From Candidatus Nomurabacteria bacterium (GTDB taxonomy: Bacteria; Patescibacteriota; Minisyncoccia; Phycocordibacterales; UBA9973), in NCBI GenBank assembly GCA_023267215.1, contig JAHFNS010000002.1:256892-320891 (forward strand): a stretch of DNA of 64,000 nt. Direction: 5' to 3'. Below are positions 56,892 through 64,000 of this stretch, one piece after another (the stretch's first letter is position 1; each line of letters starts with the position of its first letter). Below the pieces are notes generated by a model that was not told the DNA's origin, ran no database searches, and was given only the letters and a program-made list of their open reading frames with translations. The position numbers were made by a program, and so were the translations under genes.

Positions 56892-57974
56892 ATGTCAGAA
56901 AAAGGTGATATCAGTTCTATTTCGATAAACACCGGTACTATTATCCGCTTTTTTTTAGTGGCTCTTGGATTTTTTTTGATTTGGTATTTGAGAGATCTAT
57001 TTCTAGTACTCTTGACTGCTATAATGCTCGCTTCTTTTGTGGAAGCGGCTATACCTCATTTCAAAAAAATAAAAATTAACAGAGTCTTTGCGGTTGTAAT
57101 AATTTATATTTCTACTATTTTTGTATTAGCTCTCTTGTTTTATCTTTTTGTGCCACTACTTATAACAGAAATATATAATTTTTCTGTATTTTTATCATCT
57201 TATATTCCAGATTCTTCGATTATAAATTATTTTAAAAACGATGCTTTTTCTGGAGCAAAAGATATTATAAATAATCTTTCTCATAGTCTTTCTTTAACCA
57301 CTCTTATTGCCACTTCTAACGCTTTTATAAGTAGTCTTTCAACCGGATTTTTCCAAGTATTTTCCGTAGCCTTTGGTGGTATTTTCAATTTAGTTCTTAT
57401 TGTTCTTATTTCTTTTTATCTTTCGATTCAAGACAGAGGAATAGAGAAATTTTTAAGAATTATTTTACCATTGCAATATGAAGAATATGCAGTGGATTTG
57501 TGGGAACGTTCACGTAAGAAGATTGCTTTATGGATGAAAGGACAGTTGCTTTTAGGTATCCTTATTACTATTTTGACCTACTTAATGTTATCTATAATGG
57601 GAATTCAGTACGCTCTTCTTTTGTCTATTATTGCAGGATTGATGGAATTAATTCCTTATGGTATTTTAGTGGCCCTTATTCCAGCTGTTTATTTTTCTTT
57701 TCTTTCTGGTGGTATTGGGAGCGCTTTTATGGTTGCTGGAGCCTATATAATTTTACATCAATTTGAAGTTTTTCTTTTTTCTCCTTTAGTTATAAAAAGT
57801 GTAGTAGGGCTTTCTCCATTAGTGGTGATTATTGCAGCTACTATGGGTTTTGAATTAGGAGGATTTTGGGGCTTAGTACTTGCTATTCCAGTAGCAGTTT
57901 TTATAATGGAATTATTGGGTGATTTGGAAAAAAATAAAACTTTTGCTAGATCAAAAAATGATGACAAAAAATAG
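56892..57974 (+). CDS. AI-2E family transporter
   Basis: Multi-TM; W.KGQ, IPY, G.SP, GG.WG..LAIP. Confidence 0.88.
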   Translation: MSEKGDISSISINTGTIIRFFLVALGFFLIWYLRDLFLVLLTAIMLASFVEAAIPHFKKIKINRVFAVVIIYISTIFVLALLFYLFVPLLITEIYNFSVFLSSYIPDSSIINYFKNDAFSGAKDIINNLSHSLSLTTLIATSNAFISSLSTGFFQVFSVAFGGIFNLVLIVLISFYLSIQDRGIEKFLRIILPLQYEEYAVDLWERSRKKIALWMKGQLLLGILITILTYLMLSIMGIQYALLLSIIAGLMELIPYGILVALIPAVYFSFLSGGIGSAFMVAGAYIILHQFEVFLFSPLVIKSVVGLSPLVVIIAATMGFELGGFWGLVLAIPVAVFIMELLGDLEKNKTFARSKNDDKK

Positions 57975-59442
57975 TTTTTACATTACGACTACATTGCCTT
58001 ACGTGAATGCTCCTCTACATATGGGACATGCACTTGAGCTTATACGTGCAGATGCGATAGCTCGTTGCAAAAAGTTATATGGTTTTGATGTTTACTTTAA
58101 TACTGGTACAGACGAACATGGTATAAAAATATACGAAAAAGCAAAAGAACAAAATTTAGATGTGCAAGATTTTGTTGATCAAGGATTCGAGACGTTCAAA
58201 AAACAATTAAAAATGTTTGGCATGAGTGATGATGTTCATTTTGTCCGTACTACAGACAAGCACCACATAGAATCAGCACAATATTTTTGGAAACTTGTTG
58301 AGAAAAATGGTTTTATCTACAAAAAAAATTACGAAACTAAATATTGTAAAAGTTGCGAAAGTGAAAAGACAGATTCAGAATTAGAAAATGATGAATGCAA
58401 AGAACATCTTGGGGTAAAAATTTCTGTAATAAATGAAGAAAATTATTTTTTCAAATATTCTTCTTTCCAAGATAAACTTTTAAATTTTTATGAAAAGAAT
58501 CCAAATTTTATAATTCCAGATTTTCGTTTTAATGAAATAAAAACATTTGTGAAAAATGGATTACAAGATTTTTCTATTTCAAGACTTAAAGCTAAAATGC
58601 CTTGGGGGATAGAGGTACCAGGGGATAGTGAACATGTGATGTATGTGTGGTTTGATGCATTGGTTAATTATATTTCTACTTTAGGCTGGCCCGAGAATTC
58701 TCCCCGCCTTGTGGAGGAGGGGGTTGGGGGTGGTGATGAGAATTTATTCGAAAAATTTTGGGTGAATGGCACTCCTACACAATATTGTGGTAAAGATAAT
58801 ACCCGTTTTCAAGGTGCTATGTGGCAAGCTATGCTTTTTGCCGCAGATGTTCCAAATTCCCATCAGATAATAGTAGATGGTTTTATTACAGGGGAAGGTG
58901 GAATAAAAATGTCTAAATCTCTTGGTAATGTTGTTGACCCCAGAGATATCGTAGATGAGTATGGAGTAGAGGCTCTTAGATATTTCTTATTGAAGGAAGT
59001 AAGTAGTTTTGAAGATAGTCCTTTTACCATAGAACGATTCAAAGATTCTTACAATTCAGGTCTTGCAAACGGTTTAGGCAACTTATCCTCAAGAATTTTA
59101 ACTCTTTCAGAAAAATATTTAGAAAAATGTCCAGAGATTCCAGAAGTAACAGATTTTACAGAATATTTTAAAATTTACGAAGAATTTGATTTAAAGAAAG
59201 TAATGGATTATATCTGGGATAAGATACAAAACCTTGATAAAAAAATTCAAGAAACACAGCCTTTTAAAGTTGTGAAGATAGACGAAGAAAAAGGGAGGGA
59301 AATGATAAAAGAATTAATTTTAGAACTTTATACTATTGCACGAATGCTAAATCCTGTAATGCCAGAAACAAATGAAAAACTAAAGAAATTAATTAGAGAA
59401 AACAAAAAACCAGAAGCCCCTCTATTTTTAAGGAAAGAATAA
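57958..59442 (+). CDS. metG: Methionine--tRNA ligase
   Basis: YVN.PLHMGH, GTDEHG, YVWFDAL.NY, KMSKS. Confidence 0.96.
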   Translation: MMTKNSFYITTTLPYVNAPLHMGHALELIRADAIARCKKLYGFDVYFNTGTDEHGIKIYEKAKEQNLDVQDFVDQGFETFKKQLKMFGMSDDVHFVRTTDKHHIESAQYFWKLVEKNGFIYKKNYETKYCKSCESEKTDSELENDECKEHLGVKISVINEENYFFKYSSFQDKLLNFYEKNPNFIIPDFRFNEIKTFVKNGLQDFSISRLKAKMPWGIEVPGDSEHVMYVWFDALVNYISTLGWPENSPRLVEEGVGGGDENLFEKFWVNGTPTQYCGKDNTRFQGAMWQAMLFAADVPNSHQIIVDGFITGEGGIKMSKSLGNVVDPRDIVDEYGVEALRYFLLKEVSSFEDSPFTIERFKDSYNSGLANGLGNLSSRILTLSEKYLEKCPEIPEVTDFTEYFKIYEEFDLKKVMDYIWDKIQNLDKKIQETQPFKVVKIDEEKGREMIKELILELYTIARMLNPVMPETNEKLKKLIRENKKPEAPLFLRKE

Positions 59443-59443
59443 T

Positions 59444-60337
59444 ATGATTCCAAAATACATCGATATACACGCACATGTAAATTTTAAAGTCTTTGAAGAA
59501 GATCATGATATTGTCACGCGTAGGGCACTTGATAATGATACTTGGTTTTTCAATGTTGGCACTCAGATAGATACTTCTCGTGAAGCCATGAGGATGGCCC
59601 ACAGGTATGAAGATGGTGTTTTTGCTGTAGTCGGATTGCATCCGATACACACAGATGCTTCTTATCATGATAAACAAGAGCTAGGAGAAGAGGGAATAGA
59701 GTTCACTTCGCGAGGGGAAGCTTTTGATAAAGAAGCTTATAGGGAGCTTTTAAAAGATCCGAAAGTAGTCGCTATCGGTGAATGTGGTCTTGATTATTTT
59801 CACACAGAAGAGAAATCCATTGCCAAACAAAAGAAAACATTTATAGAACAAATAGAGTTGGCCAACGAAGTGGGCAAGCCACTTATGATACATGTCCGAA
59901 ATAATTATGAGGATGAAAGCAGGAATGCCTATGTTGATATTTTGGAAATTTTAAAAAAGCATGCAAAAGTGAAAGGAGTGGTTCATTTTTTTGAAGGTAG
60001 CTTAGAAGACGCAAATAATTTTATAAAAATTGGTTTTATGATTTCTTTCACTGGGGCCATCACGTATCCTTCTAGAAAAAATAAAAGGAATTGTGATTAT
60101 GAAGAGATAATAAGTAATATTCCTCTTGATATGATACTAACAGATACTGATTCTCCTTATCTAGCGCCCGTACCACATCGTGGAAAACGAAACGAGCCCT
60201 TATACGTCAAAGAAATAGTCAAAAGGATTGCTGAAATTAAAAGTTTACCAGAAGTCGAAGTGGCGAAGGCTATCATAGCAAATGCTAAGAAACTTTTTTT
60301 GATCCCATCGCTCTCGAGCGACAGGGTGGACATTTAA
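59444..60337 (+). CDS. tatD: TatD family deoxyribonuclease
   Basis: DIHAH, GLHP, AIGECGLDY, DSPYLAP...RGKRNEP. Confidence 0.93.
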   Translation: MIPKYIDIHAHVNFKVFEEDHDIVTRRALDNDTWFFNVGTQIDTSREAMRMAHRYEDGVFAVVGLHPIHTDASYHDKQELGEEGIEFTSRGEAFDKEAYRELLKDPKVVAIGECGLDYFHTEEKSIAKQKKTFIEQIELANEVGKPLMIHVRNNYEDESRNAYVDILEILKKHAKVKGVVHFFEGSLEDANNFIKIGFMISFTGAITYPSRKNKRNCDYEEIISNIPLDMILTDTDSPYLAPVPHRGKRNEPLYVKEIVKRIAEIKSLPEVEVAKAIIANAKKLFLIPSLSSDRVDI

Positions 60338-60413
60338 GGCCAAAATTGCTAATATATTTCTATCTCATTTGAACTGGCACTGAATCCAGTTCACAAAGGT
60401 CCATAATGAGATT
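60327..60413 (+). promoter_or_regulatory. rpsF operon promoter and structured leader (candidate S6:S18 autoregulatory RNA)
   Basis: TGGACA-17 nt-TAATAT; atctcatt/aatgagat outer stem, tgaactgg/ccagttca inner stem, CC-containing internal loop. Confidence 0.6.
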
Positions 60414-60443
60414 TATTAAAAGTAATTGAAATATCTAAAAAAT

Positions 60444-60929
60444 ATGGAAGAAACAAATGAGAATGTAGAAGCTAGTTCTCGTATTTATGAAGTTGCGTAT
60501 CTTTTGTCTTCAAATATTTCTGAAGAAGAAATACCCGTTGTTTATGGTAATTTGAAAGATCTTATTATCAACTTGGGTGGAGAAATAATTTCAGACGAAA
60601 TGCCTAAAATGATTCCTCTTTCTTATACGATGACTAAAGTTGTCCAAAATATCCGAAGCAAGTTTACTTCAGCTTTTTTTGGTTGGGTAAAATTTGAAAT
60701 GAAATCGGAAAAAGTTTTAGAATTGAAGAAAAAACTTGATTTAGATCCAAATCTTATCAGATTTTTGATTTTAAAAACGGTCAAAGAAAATACTATTGCC
60801 GCCAAAAGATTTGTTTATAGAGATTCAAAAAGAAAAATGCCGATAATAAAAAAAGAAGATCAAAACGAGACTTCTTTACCTATCGACAAAGAAGAGATTG
60901 ATAAAGAAATAGATGCTATGGTCGCTTAA
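60444..60929 (+). CDS. rpsF: 30S ribosomal protein S6
   Basis: YEV.YLL, L.Y, IRFLI; first gene of rpsF-ssb-rpsR. Confidence 0.9.
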   Translation: MEETNENVEASSRIYEVAYLLSSNISEEEIPVVYGNLKDLIINLGGEIISDEMPKMIPLSYTMTKVVQNIRSKFTSAFFGWVKFEMKSEKVLELKKKLDLDPNLIRFLILKTVKENTIAAKRFVYRDSKRKMPIIKKEDQNETSLPIDKEEIDKEIDAMVA

Positions 60930-60954
60930 TTATTAGTATTAATTTAAAAAATAT

Positions 60955-61410
60955 ATGTACTTAAATAAAGCAATTGTAATAGGAAATCTTACTCGTGATC
61001 CAGAGATTCGTTCTCTACCATCGGGTATAAAAGTTTGTTCTTTTTCTTTAGCTACCAATCGTGTCTGGAAAGATAAAAATGGTGCACGTCAAGAATCTAC
61101 AGATTATCATAATGTTGTTGTCTTTGGACGCCAAGCAGAAACAGTCGCTCAATATATGAAAAAAGGAAGTTCAATCCTCGTAGAAGGTAGAATGCAGACT
61201 AGAAGTTGGGATGACAAAACAAGTGGAGAAAAAAAATATCGTACAGAAATAGTAGCAGATCGCACTCAATTTGGTCCAAAGAGTGGGGGAAGTTCTGAAA
61301 CAGTTCAAGATTCAGATTCTTCTAAGGCATCAAGTGTAAAAGAGAAAGAAGGACTTGATACGATAGAATATCCAGAGGAAGATATTAATCCAGAAGATAT
61401 ACCTTTTTAG
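60955..61410 (+). CDS. ssb: Single-stranded DNA-binding protein
   Basis: LNK...IGNLTRDPE, VEGR.QTRSW, C-terminal DIPF. Confidence 0.97.
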   Translation: MYLNKAIVIGNLTRDPEIRSLPSGIKVCSFSLATNRVWKDKNGARQESTDYHNVVVFGRQAETVAQYMKKGSSILVEGRMQTRSWDDKTSGEKKYRTEIVADRTQFGPKSGGSSETVQDSDSSKASSVKEKEGLDTIEYPEEDINPEDIPF

Positions 61411-61424
61411 TAATTAAGTAAAGT

Positions 61425-61466
61425 CCCTAAGCTGGGCATAGGGGATTCCCCTATGCCCAGCTTAGG
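61425..61466. repeat. Near-perfect palindrome, family B, between ssb and rpsR
   Basis: ccctaagctgggcatagggga-t-tcccctatgcccagcttagg. Confidence 0.85.
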
Positions 61467-61480
61467 GGCACAACAAAACA

Positions 61481-61681
61481 ATGAAACAAGATTATTTTTC
61501 AGCAAACAATATAAAATACATAGACTATAAGGATATTGATATTCTAAAAAGATTTTTAAATCCAAATGGTAAAATTATGAGTCATAAACGTACAGGACTT
61601 ACAGCTAAAAATCAACGAGCTTTAGCTTTGGCTGTTAAAAATGCACGATTTATGGGGTTACTTCCTTTTGTCGCAAGATAA
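61481..61681 (+). CDS. rpsR: 30S ribosomal protein S18
   Basis: IDYKD...L..F....GKI...RTG..AK.QR....AVK.AR...LLP. Confidence 0.96.
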   Translation: MKQDYFSANNIKYIDYKDIDILKRFLNPNGKIMSHKRTGLTAKNQRALALAVKNARFMGLLPFVAR

Positions 61682-61689
61682 AAAACACA

Positions 61690-61786
61690 AAACCCCTCCC
61701 AACCTCCCCTTGTCAGAGGAGGAATTCACCTCTCCCCAGCCCCTCTCCTTCTCAAGGAGAGGGGTAAAGGGGTGAGGTAGGGGGTT
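61690..61786. repeat. Composite REP cluster (family A)
   Basis: ccccttgtcag followed by cacctctccccagcccctctcctt-ctc-aaggagagggg...ggggtgaggt. Confidence 0.85.
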
Positions 61787-61809
61787 GTATTAAAATTAAT
61801 TTTTTAAAT

Positions 61810-62382
61810 ATGCTTCAATATAACGAAATAAGAGAGAAAAAAATAATAATTTACAATGATGAACCTTGCGAAGTTGTAGATTCGCATGTTGCACGTACTC
61901 AACAAAGAAAACCTCAGAACCAAGTAAAATTAAAAAGTTTAATTTCTGGTAAAACTATTGCAGCCACTTTTCATGTTTCTGATACAGCCGATGAAGCAGA
62001 TATAGAAAAACGTGAAGTTAAATTTTTATATCACAACAGAGGTGAATATTGGTTTTGTGACATAGATAATCCAAAAAATAGATTTGAACTTGATTCTACG
62101 CTTGTTGGTGATGCAGGGAAATTTTTTAAAGAGAATGGTACTGTCGTGGCTCTCGTTTGGGACAATGATGGTGAAGAAAAAACAATAAAAATAACTCTAC
62201 CCATCAAAATGGAATTCAAAGTAAAAGAAGCACCCCCAGCAGTCAGGGGAGATACTTCTAAAAGTGGAAATAAAATAATTACTCTTGAAAATGGAACGAC
62301 CTTAAATGCTCCAATGTTTATCGAAGAAGGAGATGTCATTCGTCTCAATACTGAGACAGGGGAATACGTGGAAAGAGTTTAG
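61810..62382 (+). CDS. efp: Elongation factor P
   Basis: KLK.L.SG, FLY, P.VRGDT, LENG, PMFI.EGD, T..GEYVER. Confidence 0.93.
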   Translation: MLQYNEIREKKIIIYNDEPCEVVDSHVARTQQRKPQNQVKLKSLISGKTIAATFHVSDTADEADIEKREVKFLYHNRGEYWFCDIDNPKNRFELDSTLVGDAGKFFKENGTVVALVWDNDGEEKTIKITLPIKMEFKVKEAPPAVRGDTSKSGNKIITLENGTTLNAPMFIEEGDVIRLNTETGEYVERV

Positions 62383-62386
62383 ACCA

Positions 62387-62426
62387 ATAAAAAAGCATCT
62401 ACGCTATAGCGTAGATGCTTTTTTAT
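62387..62426. terminator. Bidirectional terminator between efp and recA
   Basis: aaaaaagcatctacgc-tata-gcgtagatgctttttt. Confidence 0.88.
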
Positions 62427-62433
62427 TTTCTTT

Positions 62434-63474
62434 TTAAATTTCTTCAGAAAACTTTTTGCGGATTTCTTTTAATATTTGTTCTGCTATCTTTTTATTTTCT
62501 TTCAAGAATGTGCGAGTGCTATCGTAGCCTACTCCTAATTTCACTTTTTCCACTTTTTCCCCGACTGGTATATAGAAATATGAATTACCAGTTTTTTCTA
62601 TAATTTTGAATTTCTCTCCCAATGCAATGATTTCTCCTTCTTTAGAGATTCCTTCATTATAAATGATATCAAATTCTGTTTGTTTAAATGGTGCAGCTAC
62701 TTTATTTTTTACTACTTTCACACGCGTACGAGAGCCAACAATATCTTCACCTTTTTTAATTTGAGCAATTTTTCTTATATCCAGACGAACAGAGGTGTAG
62801 AATTTCAAAGCTTTACCTCCAGGAGTGGTTTCAGGATTACCAAACATCACACCTATTTGCATTCTAATTTGATTTATAAATATGACGACAGTTTTTGATC
62901 TTGAGACTATGGCTGTTAGTTTGCGGAGTGCTTGAGACATGAGTCTTGCTTGTTTGCCGACATGATAAGCTCCCATATCTCCCTCTATTTCATCTTTTGG
63001 GGTGAGGGCAGCGACAGAATCAATGACGATAACATCGATCTTGCCTGTGCGGACGAGACTCTCGACAATTTCCAATGCTTGTTCACCAGTATCTGGTTGA
63101 GAAATAAGTAATTGATCAATATTCACTCCAAGTTTTTTTGTATAATCTGGATCCATGGCATGTTCGGCATCTATATATGCACAGACTCCTCCCAATTTTT
63201 GAGCTTCAGCTACGATATGTAAAGAGAGGGTAGTTTTTCCTGAAGATTCTGGTCCGAATATTTCAATAATTCTTCCGCGAGGAATTCCACCGACACCGAG
63301 TGCCATATCTAGCCCGATGGATCCTGTCGGTATTGTATTAATATCTACTTTTGGTGAATCACCGAGCTTCATAATAGAACCTTCACCAAATTTTGCTTGG
63401 ATTGCTTTCACAGTATCATCAAGCAAAGATACTCCCATAGTTTTATCTTCCTTTTTTATTTTTTTCTTTTGCAT
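62434..63474 (-). CDS. recA: Recombinase A
   Basis: [39 protein letters not shown]. Confidence 0.98.
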   Translation of the reverse strand: MQKKKIKKEDKTMGVSLLDDTVKAIQAKFGEGSIMKLGDSPKVDINTIPTGSIGLDMALGVGGIPRGRIIEIFGPESSGKTTLSLHIVAEAQKLGGVCAYIDAEHAMDPDYTKKLGVNIDQLLISQPDTGEQALEIVESLVRTGKIDVIVIDSVAALTPKDEIEGDMGAYHVGKQARLMSQALRKLTAIVSRSKTVVIFINQIRMQIGVMFGNPETTPGGKALKFYTSVRLDIRKIAQIKKGEDIVGSRTRVKVVKNKVAAPFKQTEFDIIYNEGISKEGEIIALGEKFKIIEKTGNSYFYIPVGEKVEKVKLGVGYDSTRTFLKENKKIAEQILKEIRKKFSEEI

Positions 63475-63481
63475 ATTTTTT

Positions 63482-63826
63482 CTAATAAATTAACTTATAA
63501 TTTTTTTCATCACTATTTCCAAAATCATCTTTGGCTTTGATAGTTATTATATTATAACCCGAAAGAAGAATAATTGTTTCGTCAAAATTTCCTTCTTGAT
63601 CTATTGAAATAGGACGGTCGTTTAAAGTTAAAATATTGGCATTTTTAGCATTGCCTGTTATTTTTAGAATATTATCAGCAACTTTTGTGCCATCCACTAT
63701 ATTTACATCTTTTATTTTTACACCAAAGATAACATCTTTAGAGCGAAAAAAACTATATATAATTATAAAAAGTAAAAAAACAGAAATTAAAACTATTTTT
63801 AATATTTTTTTCGCATCTGTGTTCAT
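63482..63826 (-). CDS. Membrane-anchored small Ig-like domain protein
   Basis: N-terminal TM; G.F...L..G.N.I.I.A.D..GN. Confidence 0.75.
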   Translation of the reverse strand: MNTDAKKILKIVLISVFLLFIIIYSFFRSKDVIFGVKIKDVNIVDGTKVADNILKITGNAKNANILTLNDRPISIDQEGNFDETIILLSGYNIITIKAKDDFGNSDEKNYKLIY

Positions 63827-63833
63827 AAATTCC

Positions 63834-64000
63834 CTAGATTACATTTTCTCCATTTTCTGTATGCTCAATTTTCTCTAAAACTTCTCTTGGTTTTGCTCCG
63901 TCACCCGCGCTGATCACTCCGCGTTCTTCTAATTTATCCATAAGTCTAGCGGCTCGAGCATAACCCAATTTTAGTTTTCTTTGCAAATAAGAAGTGGAAG
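63834..64000 (-). CDS. ftsK: DNA translocase FtsK, C-terminal gamma domain (partial)
   Basis: Manual translation [41 protein letters not shown]. Confidence 0.92.
   Translation of the reverse strand, partial: STSYLQRKLKLGYARAARLMDKLEERGVISAGDGAKPREVLEKIEHTENGENVI

Overview
AT-rich bacterial chromosome segment with the gene content and style of a Patescibacteria/CPR (Parcubacteria-like) organism; the lineage is inferred from protein character, not searched. Most of it is housekeeping: pnp, comM, lexA, hup, rny, clpP, tig, hppA, nusA, tpiA-pgk, recJ, rnhA, split comEC, sod, glyA, tmk, dut, argS, ileS, recO, glyQS, metG, tatD, rpsF-ssb-rpsR, efp, recA and the 3' end of ftsK. Many genes look leaderless, with a -10 box exactly 6 nt before the ATG. 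An accessory island at about 20.9-32.2 kb holds the main finds. (i) A radical SAM/SPASM enzyme is followed by an unannotated 49-aa peptide with an FGD-WDD-WDN-G-HSD core, a candidate triceptide-type RiPP, next to a HExxH protein. (ii) Two partner-less RNase genes (PemK/MazF-like and NYN) each face a tiny promoter-plus-terminator RNA, candidate RNA antitoxins. (iii) Two paralogous secreted proteins carry FCB-type T9SS C-terminal sorting domains and share near-identical promoter, leader and signal-peptide DNA. (iv) The island promoters share a fixed DnaA-box spacing. (v) A 1.6-kaa repeat-rich surface protein closes the island. A RAYT transposase and several families of short palindromic repeats are also present, many inserted in frame in essential genes. 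No rRNA, tRNA or CRISPR array was seen.
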